Source: a virus
Taxonomy: Duplodnaviria; Caudoviricetes
Virus record (IMG/VR): IMGVR_UViG_3300036987_000202
Coordinates: 7,253 to 71,252 of that record
Strand: one strand, 5' to 3'
Length of the DNA: 64,000 nucleotides
In this document: in pieces, positions 28,558 to 38,400 of the stretch
Layout: the number at the start of each line of letters is the position of its first letter
Position numbering within the stretch: position 1 is the first letter of the stretch
Program-made: the position numbers and the translations under genes
Notes under the pieces: model-generated
What the model was told of the DNA's origin: nothing
Database searches by the model: none
The model's input: only the letters and a program-made list of their open reading frames with translations

Positions 28558-28722
28558 CTCGCGTTTGGCGTGCGCCTACTTGCGAGAGATGGTCACTGGT
28601 GCCGTCGGTCGGTTTAATTCCCGTGTACGTTCCCGGCGGCACCAGCGTGAGGTTATGGAATGTCAGACATTCTCACTACTGAGAATACAGTCATGTGGGT
28701 GCGCGTCATTTATAGTCAATAC
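28558..28722 (-). promoter_or_regulatory. Structured non-coding leader upstream of the head-assembly genes
   Basis: 13-bp stem 28596-608/28633-45, nested stem 28558-86, dyad GAATGTC-A-GACATTC 28658-72, GTATTGAC 28715-22. Confidence 0.45.
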
Positions 28723-28740
28723 CCGAAGATGAAAAAAAAT

Positions 28741-28986
28741 TCAATTCTCCAGGGTTACGCGGGTTTTTTTTCGATTTGCGTTCACCATGTTAAAAGACCC
28801 GCATTGTTTGCATTTGGTAATCAGGGCCTTCTGCGAGGTGTCGAATATGGTGACCCCCTTGACCAGAAGGCTGTTGCCCCCCTCCAGGGCGATGATAAAA
28901 CCGCAGCTTTTACACCGCACCTGGTTGGTTACCTGGCGCAACCTGGCGTTGCCATCGTCAATCGAATAGTCATGTGAATTGTCCAT
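28741..28986 (-). CDS. Zinc-ribbon protein, Mu Com-like
   Basis: VRCKSCG...TKCKQCGSFN; 81 aa. Confidence 0.55.
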   Translation of the reverse strand: MDNSHDYSIDDGNARLRQVTNQVRCKSCGFIIALEGGNSLLVKGVTIFDTSQKALITKCKQCGSFNMVNANRKKTRVTLEN

Positions 28987-29008
28987 TGAATCGTCCTGAT
29001 GAGTGTCG

Positions 29009-29611
29009 TTAAAAAAGCATACCCTGGCCCTTGGCGTTCTTGAGGGCCTTTTTCTTCTCGGCCTTGGATTCGCCCAGGCGCTTGCCAGCCTTCTGCTCCC
29101 TCTTTTGGTTCTCGTTGATCTGCTTCATGTTCCCTTGCTGCTCCTGCATCCCGCCCTGGACCTCCTCGGATCCCCAGCGCCCGGCGTACAGCTCCCCCAG
29201 GGTGCTCATGAAGTTCTTGAGGGCATCCTTGACCGCCTGGCGCTTGCTGGTTTTCTTGGCGTCCTTGGCGGCATCCAGTTCTTTTTGAGCCTGCTTCACG
29301 GCGTCCTCTTTGCGCCTGATCTCGGTATCGTGATCGTTGCCCGGCTTGGGTTTCTTCCCCTGCCCGCCATCTTCCGCGGGGATCTTTCGCTTTTTGTCGG
29401 GCGTACCGGTAGCGGCGGGTTTCTTGGCCTTCGCCTCGGGCATGATTCCCTTTTTCCTGGGAGCGCTCTGATCAGTTCCGGTGCGCACCCATTTGGTCTG
29501 TTTCCGGCCATTTTTATCCGTGATCTGCTTCTGGACCAGCCCCGCCCGTCCCGGGCCTGCCTTGAGTATCATGGTGCCGTCCTCGGTGAGCACTATCCTT
29601 GCTTTCAGCAT
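29009..29611 (-). CDS. Lys-rich putative internal head protein
   Basis: Start MLKARIV at 29611; carries the shared KAGPGR...KQITDKNGRKQTKWVR motif. Confidence 0.6.
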   Translation of the reverse strand: MLKARIVLTEDGTMILKAGPGRAGLVQKQITDKNGRKQTKWVRTGTDQSAPRKKGIMPEAKAKKPAATGTPDKKRKIPAEDGGQGKKPKPGNDHDTEIRRKEDAVKQAQKELDAAKDAKKTSKRQAVKDALKNFMSTLGELYAGRWGSEEVQGGMQEQQGNMKQINENQKREQKAGKRLGESKAEKKKALKNAKGQGMLF

Positions 29612-29645
29612 ATTTTTTTCCCCTGACTTATACATTGATGACTTG

Positions 29646-32600
29646 TTATATCTCGATTCCGTGAATATCGACCGCCTTACGGAGATCCAGGCGATCCAGC
29701 AGATCCAGGGCCTTGTTGAACATATCAAACTTTTTCAGTGCCTCAACCAGCCCATCCATGGCCTTATTGATCCTTTCCCGTTCTTCCCCCAGGGGGTAGG
29801 CGCTGGTTACCCCGCGATCCCCCTCCAGGATATTTGCCTGCTTCGACCATGTGGCAGCCGCTTCCTTGCTCACGCCGGACACCAGGTAGGTGTTTTTCAT
29901 CTTCTTCTCGGCCAGCTTATCGTAGACATAGGACTCAAATGACCTGGCAAAAAGCTCATGAGGACGCTGCCAGTAATCCCCCATCTTTTCCGCGGTGGCC
30001 AGGAAATTGGATTTACCCTCGGCAACGGCAGGGGAAACGCTCGGCATCGAGAGCGTGATCTTATCTCCCTGCTTGAAAATCCCGTGCTTGAAACCCATCG
30101 ACACATAGTATTTGATGTCCCGGCGCATGGATGAGATGGCCCGCTGTTGTGCCTTGGTCCAATAGTGTGCCCCGCTATAAGTGTTCGCAAAAGATTCATT
30201 ACGCTGGCGTTGAGCATCCCCTTTTTCGGTGACATACTTTTGCAAGAACTCGGTGAACTTGTCCTTGCTGAGAGTGGGGTAGTCTGGACCGTTATCGAAC
30301 ACCTTTATTTCATTGTCTCCCAGGATACCATCAATCTCATGTTCATCTATACTGCTGAGAGGTTGCGTAAAGTACGCATACATCCGTCGCTTGCTGTCGG
30401 GATGAGCGAGCTTTTCATGGCCAAACAACTCTTTAAGAAAAGCAGGGTTTTTCAATGGATACTTGTCATCGGGGTATTTCGCCATCACCTCATTAAACAC
30501 GCTCTCCAGGGTTTCCTTGGGAAGCTGGGGGTTCTCTCCATGGAGATAGGTCATCAGCTTTACATCGCTGGTGGTATGACCATGATAGCGCACCCGCGGG
30601 TCCGTCATAGTCATGGTGGTGGATCCTGAAAAATTCCCCTTGTGAATAGCCTGCCTGACCTCCCACAGTGCCGCCTTGATGTCATCCGGCATTTGGCCTC
30701 CAGAAAACCCGAGGTCAGAGGTAAACGATAACGAGCCACCAGACCCCCCCATGGATAACATCCCCATGATATTATCGAGGGCATGGCCCCATTCGTGGGC
30801 CAGGGAGCCGCCGCCTGCGGCCTTGGTGAGATTGATTACCTTCCTGCCTGGCTCGTAGTGTGCTTTCGCCTTCCCCTTGCCCCGGGCACCAAACGCCAGG
30901 GAGAGCCGACCATTGAGGCTCACCATCTTCCTGTCGATCCCCAGGATATGAGAAAGGTCAGCCAGGGCCTCCCCTGCCCGCTGGGTATGGGTCCGGCTCG
31001 ATTCCAAGTCCATCCAGTTGCCATACTCAACTCCCCGCAGGCCGTAATCTCCCATCAGGGTTTTACTGTCGTAATCCTTATCCGCGACCTGGCTTTCCCG
31101 CTCCACCTTGTCGGGGACATCGCGCTCCCACTTCATTGTCTCCTGACGCTTTTTATTGCGCTGCTGCTTCTCGCCCTCTGATTCTTCCAGCCCGGCCCAC
31201 TTCCAACTATCGTTGGCCCTGGACATCTTGAACAGGCGATTGGCCGCATCATATTGTAAGAGTTTTGCGAACGGCGCTCCGAGGGACTTGTAGAGCTTCT
31301 GGATGCTATACGGATCCTCCTCCTGGCGCTTCCTGGCCTCCTTTTCCATGGTGTTCATCTGGTTCCAGAGCATCATGTCCTCTTTTTCCAGCTCTTTCAA
31401 CCGTGGATCATTCTCACGCTCCCGCGAGGTCATGCTATGCAGCCCGCGGGACAACTCCACACGGCGTACATGAACCTCCTTTCTCTTTTGCTGGAGCCAG
31501 GCATGGTGTTCCTGCTCCTCGGCGGTATAGACAACCCCCCTGTATTCATCAAGCATCTGCTCGATGCCGCTGCGTAAATCTTCTCTGGTTTTCCAGGTCA
31601 TCACCGCTTTCAAGACACGCTCGATGCCCATGATATACCTTTTCCTGGACTCGGGGTTGTCATCAGGCTTGGCCTGGATCGCGGAAACATACCGCCAGGC
31701 GGCATACGCGGTGCCCGGTTCGGCTCCGGCGTTTTTTAGGGCGGTCGCCACGGCCTTGCGGTTGCCGCATTGACGCTCCCGGGTCACCAGCAGCCCGGCC
31801 TCCTCGCTCTCCTCCAGGTTTTCAATATCCGTCAGGGTAACCGACTTGGTGGCATCGTCTTTATACAGCTTCACCAGGGCGGCAAGGTCCTTCCTGGCAC
31901 CCCCGATCTTCTGGCCCACGTCAACGTAGCGGTCCTTCTCGGTCTGCCGCTTGGTCGCCGCGGTTTCACGCTTCGCGGGCTTTTTCCTCTCTCCCGCGGG
32001 TTTCTTTTTCTTCTCTCCGGCAAGCAGGTCCTTGAGTGCTGCCGTGGGGTCCACGGATTCCTGTTCATCCAGGGGCCACAGGCTTTCACTCTCTATGGCA
32101 TTATCGAACGCGGACTCCTTCATGCTGCCGCTGCCCTTCCCGTCCAGGTCCTTATACTTCACCCATCCGTCTTTGATTTCCGTGATGATGATGTTGGTTT
32201 TCACCGGCACGGTCTTTTCCCCGTCGAACATGGTGGTGTCAAACGAGTATTTCTTGCCCACCAGGGTGGACTTGTCATCGTTGGGTTTGTCCTGGAAGAT
32301 ACCCTGGTCCCGGTTGAATGAAAACTCCCGATACGACACAGACTCCTGCTGCCCGGTCTGCTTGCTGACAAAGACCACCCTCTGCTCCTCGGCATCGTTC
32401 CCCGGGGTCAGGTCGGTGACGGTGATGTCATGGACAAAATCTCTCTCGCCATGCCCCATGTGTTCCTTGTAGATGTACGTTTTACCAACAAAGGATTCAC
32501 GGCGGGCCTTCCAGCCCTCCTCCGTGTTCGTATCCTTGAACTTGAATACTGCGCTTTCTTTTCCTCCGTACAGCTCATGCAGGAGCTTCATCACGTCCTT

Positions 32601-33035
32601 GTTCCAGGTCTTTTTCTCCCCGCCCTGGTATCCGCCCCCGGTCTTACCTCCCCCCGTACCCTTGCCGCCCTGGGATCCGCCGCCCCCGGTCTTTCCCCCG
32701 CCGGTAAACGACCTATCCCAAAACGCCTTGCGCTTGAAATACTCGGCAACGTGCTCACCCCAGGCTTCCGCGGAGATGTGGTACTTCTCCTTGACCTGGT
32801 GCTCCCTGTAGAGCGCGGCAATCTTGGCGGCAACCTCCCGCTTGGCCTTCAGTCCGAAAAACTCCAGGATCACGTCGATCACCGTGCGCTGTGGCCCCTG
32901 GTCGTTCTTTTTCCATACCGTCTGGCGCACCCCCTTTTTGTTGGTGATGACCTCGGCGTGGAGCTTGGCGATATCCTTCCTGCCCGGCTGGGCCTTGAGG
33001 AGATCGTCGTCAAAGAGGGATGGTTGGTGCATCAT
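29646..33035 (-). CDS. Large polyvalent protein with zincin-like HEWGH and LPD1-like C-domain
   Basis: 1129 aa; GQKIGGARKD; GSLAHEWGHALD; YWQRPHELFARSFESYV. Confidence 0.7.
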   Translation of the reverse strand: MMHQPSLFDDDLLKAQPGRKDIAKLHAEVITNKKGVRQTVWKKNDQGPQRTVIDVILEFFGLKAKREVAAKIAALYREHQVKEKYHISAEAWGEHVAEYFKRKAFWDRSFTGGGKTGGGGSQGGKGTGGGKTGGGYQGGEKKTWNKDVMKLLHELYGGKESAVFKFKDTNTEEGWKARRESFVGKTYIYKEHMGHGERDFVHDITVTDLTPGNDAEEQRVVFVSKQTGQQESVSYREFSFNRDQGIFQDKPNDDKSTLVGKKYSFDTTMFDGEKTVPVKTNIIITEIKDGWVKYKDLDGKGSGSMKESAFDNAIESESLWPLDEQESVDPTAALKDLLAGEKKKKPAGERKKPAKRETAATKRQTEKDRYVDVGQKIGGARKDLAALVKLYKDDATKSVTLTDIENLEESEEAGLLVTRERQCGNRKAVATALKNAGAEPGTAYAAWRYVSAIQAKPDDNPESRKRYIMGIERVLKAVMTWKTREDLRSGIEQMLDEYRGVVYTAEEQEHHAWLQQKRKEVHVRRVELSRGLHSMTSRERENDPRLKELEKEDMMLWNQMNTMEKEARKRQEEDPYSIQKLYKSLGAPFAKLLQYDAANRLFKMSRANDSWKWAGLEESEGEKQQRNKKRQETMKWERDVPDKVERESQVADKDYDSKTLMGDYGLRGVEYGNWMDLESSRTHTQRAGEALADLSHILGIDRKMVSLNGRLSLAFGARGKGKAKAHYEPGRKVINLTKAAGGGSLAHEWGHALDNIMGMLSMGGSGGSLSFTSDLGFSGGQMPDDIKAALWEVRQAIHKGNFSGSTTMTMTDPRVRYHGHTTSDVKLMTYLHGENPQLPKETLESVFNEVMAKYPDDKYPLKNPAFLKELFGHEKLAHPDSKRRMYAYFTQPLSSIDEHEIDGILGDNEIKVFDNGPDYPTLSKDKFTEFLQKYVTEKGDAQRQRNESFANTYSGAHYWTKAQQRAISSMRRDIKYYVSMGFKHGIFKQGDKITLSMPSVSPAVAEGKSNFLATAEKMGDYWQRPHELFARSFESYVYDKLAEKKMKNTYLVSGVSKEAAATWSKQANILEGDRGVTSAYPLGEERERINKAMDGLVEALKKFDMFNKALDLLDRLDLRKAVDIHGIEI

Positions 33036-33037
33036 GA

Positions 33038-35458
33038 TTATATCCTTATGCCAAAAAATTCAAGTGGCTTGGAATACAGGGCCTTTAGGAGATCGAGCGG
33101 GCTTCCCCCCGCTTTGAGCACCTCGTTAAAGTGATTGAGCCGGGTCTTGGCCTGGATGGGCATGATCACGCCCACCACCTTACCGTCATTCACTGCGGCC
33201 AATGGACTCATTGTTGCCGCGTTCCCCTTCTGTGCCCGGAATGTGGCATTGGGGTAATGCGACCGGATCGCGGCGATATACTTGGAATCGACCATGATGT
33301 TGGTGCCCTTCCCTTCGCCGTCTTTGACCCGCAGCACCGCGGGCTTCGGAGCTTCGCCGGGAACACTTGGATCATGGAACTCCCCCGCTCCTGTATTCCG
33401 TTTTATCCCGGCAACGACCTCGGCGTCAGCGTACTCGCTGTTCACTTTCTTGATGTCGGGGATGACCTGTTTCCAGTTGGGGTACTCCTTTTCGATCTCA
33501 TGCTGTTCATCGGGCTTGAGCTTTTTCCTGTTGGCCTCATAGTATTTCTTCATTTTCGCCGGATCATCCATGAGGAGAAACTTGGCATCCGTGAACACCC
33601 CGGCCTCCTCGCCCGCCTTGGATACATAGAAATGCTTCTTGAGATCGTTGGTGCTCATGTGGAACACCTTTTTGTGGTCCGGCTGGAGATGCTGCATGAC
33701 GGTGGACTCATTCCCGTGGATCGCCACACCCTGCCCCCCGACTTTATAGGGCTTCCCCTGCTCCTGGGGCACCGGGTCGTGTTTCAGGTGATCGGCGTAC
33801 TGCTGGGCGAAGGCCCTGATTTTATCCGCAGGAGCGACATCTGCGTTACCTGCCAGGGGGTGTTTGTGCTCCTTGAGAACCTTATCTATCTTGGGATCAT
33901 TGAAATCCTTGAATACTTTGTCGGCTTCCTTGGCGCGGCCCGTGGCGTAGAGCCGTACCGCCTTTTTGAAAAGATTGGTCATCTTCGTTCCAGATACACC
34001 CTTTTCATCCTTTAACTCAAAAATCCTCGACGGGGACTTGTAGGATTCCTCGCTCCACATCTTTTCGTTGTCTACCCCGAGAGGATCAAAGTCCGAGGCG
34101 TCCATCCCCTCGGGGTAGGATTTTCTCTTATCCACTGGAGGTGCAGTATCCTCTGCTGTGGCGGGCTGCTCCGGGGCCTTCTCCGCAGCGGGGGTAGATT
34201 TTTCACCCGCTGTTTCTGCATCCCTCTCACGCTGGAGATCCCCGATGAACGTGTGAAACGCCTGGTAATCCTTGCCACTCAGTTTTTCCGCGTTCTTTTT
34301 GATGTAGTCGTGGATTTCCTGGTCTGATTTATTAAACCATGTTTCCCATCCGTTTTTGGTGGCGACTGCCTGGAGTTCCTTGGAATACTTCTCCGAGTCT
34401 TCGCCACCCTTCTCACTGGATGCGTGGCGTTGCAGGTCTGCCCCGGTGTCCACCAGTGACACGATGTCGTCTTTCCCCATACTTTTATCAGATAACGCGA
34501 GTTGTGCAACCCGGTAGACTGCACCCATGAAATTGAGCCGTTGCATTGTGTCCTCGCCCTTTTTCTTCGCTTCGGCCATTTTAACCTGTTGCGCTACCAG
34601 GTCAGCGTTACGCTCAAGGGTTTTCATTCCCAACTTCATGGCTGTTTTGACATGCGCATGAATCTGATCGTCGGTCAGACTATTGGGTTGATTTATATTT
34701 CCAAAATCGTCTTTCTTCCCCGCGGCAGCAACCGCGGCCTTGGCCTTATCCTTGTCTTTCAGGGCCGCCCAATCGCCCATAGCGACGGAGTGCTCCCCTT
34801 CCTGGACGTTACCGAGCTTATCCTTGTACTCCCAGGTATTGTTGCGCCCCTGGGATGACTCATGGGCTGCCACCACTGCCTCATGGGGGGTGATACCCTG
34901 GTATTCCCGCTTTTCACCCGTGGAGAGATTATGGACAGTGATCGATTTCTTTGCCTGGTCTTTTCCCGCGGGCTTGCCGTTGCCGTACAACCCGTGCAGG
35001 ACCTTCATAACATTAGGATTCCAGTTCTTCTTTTCCCGAGACTTTTCCTCCCCTCCCCCGCCGGTTTTCTTCTCGCCTTCCTTTCCCGGCTCTTTCTTCT
35101 TCCCACTTTCCAGCTTGGTGCCGGTAAACTTGGCGTCCCAGCGGGCCTTGTGCTTGAAATATTCAGTGAAGTGGTTGGCAAACTCCGCCGCGGAGAGTCC
35201 GTGCTCCTTCTGGATTCCATGCTCATCATAGACTTTCTTTATGTGGCTGGTTACCTCATGGTGGCTCTTGAAACCGAAAAACTCCATGATGGTGTCCAGG
35301 ATGGAATTCTTTTTCGGCTCCTCCCCGTTCTTCTTATACACGATGGTCCTCACCCCTTTCTTGTTGGTGATGACCTCCCGCCGGAGCTTGGTGATATCCT
35401 TTTTCCCCAGGGGGCCAGCCTTGAGGAGTGATTTCAGGGTGGTGATATCATAGGTCAT
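33038..35458 (-). CDS. Large protein with shared N-domain and beta-clamp-like C-terminus
   Basis: 806 aa; YPNWKQVIP...VDSKYI...GVIMPI pattern at the C-terminus. Confidence 0.55.
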   Translation of the reverse strand: MTYDITTLKSLLKAGPLGKKDITKLRREVITNKKGVRTIVYKKNGEEPKKNSILDTIMEFFGFKSHHEVTSHIKKVYDEHGIQKEHGLSAAEFANHFTEYFKHKARWDAKFTGTKLESGKKKEPGKEGEKKTGGGGEEKSREKKNWNPNVMKVLHGLYGNGKPAGKDQAKKSITVHNLSTGEKREYQGITPHEAVVAAHESSQGRNNTWEYKDKLGNVQEGEHSVAMGDWAALKDKDKAKAAVAAAGKKDDFGNINQPNSLTDDQIHAHVKTAMKLGMKTLERNADLVAQQVKMAEAKKKGEDTMQRLNFMGAVYRVAQLALSDKSMGKDDIVSLVDTGADLQRHASSEKGGEDSEKYSKELQAVATKNGWETWFNKSDQEIHDYIKKNAEKLSGKDYQAFHTFIGDLQRERDAETAGEKSTPAAEKAPEQPATAEDTAPPVDKRKSYPEGMDASDFDPLGVDNEKMWSEESYKSPSRIFELKDEKGVSGTKMTNLFKKAVRLYATGRAKEADKVFKDFNDPKIDKVLKEHKHPLAGNADVAPADKIRAFAQQYADHLKHDPVPQEQGKPYKVGGQGVAIHGNESTVMQHLQPDHKKVFHMSTNDLKKHFYVSKAGEEAGVFTDAKFLLMDDPAKMKKYYEANRKKLKPDEQHEIEKEYPNWKQVIPDIKKVNSEYADAEVVAGIKRNTGAGEFHDPSVPGEAPKPAVLRVKDGEGKGTNIMVDSKYIAAIRSHYPNATFRAQKGNAATMSPLAAVNDGKVVGVIMPIQAKTRLNHFNEVLKAGGSPLDLLKALYSKPLEFFGIRI

Positions 35459-35462
35459 GTCA

Positions 35463-38400
35463 TTACCTCACTATTTTGTAGAGCCGTCCGTTGGCCCTTA
35501 TGTATTTCGACTCATCCCTGGTGGGGATGCGTTTTATCTCTGCCTTGATGAGCTTGTCGCCCACCTGGAGAATAAAGGCTTTCTCGATCTGCTTGTATTT
35601 CAGGCTGGCCAGGATAGACTCGGCCTCCTTTTTGATCGTTTCGTGGACCGGGGGCACCTCTTTCTGGCTGGCTTGTATCTGCTTGCGGGCCTCCTCGACA
35701 TACCTGGGCCTGTCCTCATGGATCTTCTTTGCCTGCACGTCCAGGGCCGCGACATCCCGCTCCAGGCGCTCGACCTCATGGGGTATGGTCTTGAGGGAAA
35801 TGTTCCCCAGGGATTGCAGCTTGGCCTCGATCTTCTCAATCTTGGCCTTTTCCTTTTTCAGCTCATACTCAGCCCACTTTAACTTTTCCTTGTAGTGGCT
35901 GACATTCCCCTCGGCGCTCTGGACCTCGTACTCCACGCGCTCATAGGAATAATCCCGCTCTCCCTTCGCGGGCTTTGTCATGGTGGCGAGCTTGGCTTTG
36001 GCCGCCTCCAGGCCCTCCTTGGCGTTGGCGACACTTTTCTCAATATACGGGATGGTTTCCCCGGTGATCTCCTTGATCTCCTGGGCGGCGCTGGCGTGAT
36101 CATCCTTGTGTTTGTTCAGGACATCGATCTGGATGCGCAGCTCGCGCTTCTCGTTGTCAATCTTCTCCACTTCCAGGTCTATGGCGAACTTCGCCCGTTT
36201 CTCGGGATCCTTGATCAGGCTGAATTTCAGGTCCTCGGCACTGATGGCCTCGACGTTCAGGCTGTCGCCCTTATACTTCCAGACCTCGCCAAAGCGCTTG
36301 GACTTCTCATCATGCTTTTGATACATGGCCGAATCGACGCTATCAACGATCTGCGGGTAGACGATATGGACGTTCTCTTGGAGATTGCCCTGCCGCCATA
36401 CACGCCCCTCGACCTGGTGGCGCTCGGACGGATTCCAGCCCAGGAGCAGATTATACATGACCGCGCTGTTGCCGTTGAGGTTGACCCCCTCCTGGATGGA
36501 CTCGGTGCCCAGGACAATCTTGATCTTGCCGTCGGGGTTGTTGAAATCCTCCATGATCTTTTCGCGTTTATCCAGGCTCACATCAGCCGAAATAATGGAG
36601 ATGGCATCCTTGGGGATCCCCGCCTTGACCAGGTAGTCAATATACTCAGGGAAATGGTTCTTGCCGGTGGGCATGTAGAGGACCTGGCCCACGTCGGGCC
36701 GCTTGCTGTATATCTCACGGACACAGCCGAACGAGAAATTGAGCTTGGGTGAATCTGAAATCGGATCGCCGGAGAAATCGACGTTTTCATGGAACTTGGG
36801 ATCGCGCTTCACCAGGTCCATCGATACCGTGGACTGCCGCATGTTGTTGATGGCAACCAGGGCCGCACCGGGGTTGTCTTTTGAAACGCTGGCAAACCGG
36901 AGCTGTTCCGCATCGATGAGCTGCTTTTGAGCTGCCGACTGAGGAAGCTCGACAATGTGGATTGTTTTATTGGGCCGCACCACCCCGGCCTCCTCGCCGT
37001 CCACCTTATCGATATACTCCCTGATGAGGTTTTGCAGGGCTGGAAGGTTCTTAAACTCCTTCATCACGCTTTTTTTCTCGATGGTGCCCTTGGTGGTTAC
37101 GGACCATTCGGACTTGAGGAGTGCGAAATGGGCCAGAAATTCGTGCATGTTGTAGATGCCCAGGTCCTTGAGTTTCTGCCGGGCCACCAGGGAGAGCACG
37201 TTGTATATTTCAATGGGTGAGTTGGTAAATGGGGTCGCGGTCAGGGCAAACACGTTCCTGCCGTTGTTTTGGGACTGGATGTACTGCGTAATCCCGAACA
37301 TTTTGGCGGCCCGGTTGGATGTGCCACCCTGGAGATCGTTAAATTCGTTGACCCCTTTCTTGTCGTCGCCCTTTTCAGTTTTCTGCGTCGGGGTCTTGGC
37401 GCGGCCAAACACGTTTTTGAAATTATGCGCCTCATCGATGGTGATGTGGTCAAATCCAAGGTTTTCCATGAAAAACGCCTCGGACCTCACACCGGACGCC
37501 TTGCCCAAAATCTCCTTGATGCGCTCGGTCTGGAGCTGCTGCTCCCGCTTGGATTCCTTGCTCTGGTCCTCATCGGCAACCTTCTGTGAATCCATCATGT
37601 CGGCCAGGAGCGTGCCCTCGATGGTTTCATCGGTAAAGGTGATATTCTCAAGCCCCTCGTAGGACATCACGTTGAGGGCACCCTCGGGAATATCGATGGT
37701 GCCGTCGGCGTTTTTGAATTTCTTGGTATAGGCATCGCCCATATTGCCCAGCTCGTTGATTTTAATGTCGGGCACCAGGTCGCGTATTTCCTTGAGCCAG
37801 TTTTTATACGTCGCCTTGGGAACCACCACCATCGGCTTTTTACATCTGCCGCTCTGGAGCTGCTGCACGGTGGCCATGATCCCCGTGAGGGTCTTGCCCA
37901 CACCCACGTCATAGGCAAGCAGGCCGTTCCCCTTGGTGTTCAGGAAGGCAACCCCCTTGAGCTGGATATCCTTGACGCTGAGTTCCTTTCCTTTGAAACT
38001 CTTGCTCAACCCATCCACGAACACGGGGATCTTCGTGTAATCGGGGGACACGTTGGAATTGAACGTATAGTTGTAATGGTCCTCCAGCTTCTTCTGTTCC
38101 TCGGATTCCAAGCCGGTTTCGATGAACCGCTTGAACAACCGCTCGGCGGCCTCCCGGCGTTTTTCCCGCTTGAGTGCCGCCTCCGCCTTGTTCTTATCCT
38201 GCTGATCTTCCTTGGCTTTCCCGCTTAAATACGAGCTGACCTTGTTGGCCCGCACCTGGTCGCCCTTGATGTAGTCCACGATATCGGTCCAGGAAATGAC
38301 CCCGGGGATGTCATGCTGGGTGACGTTGCCGTTGAAATTCTGATAGTTGGTATTTCCGCGGGACACCCCGCACCACTCCCAAAACTTGTTGATCAGGGTG

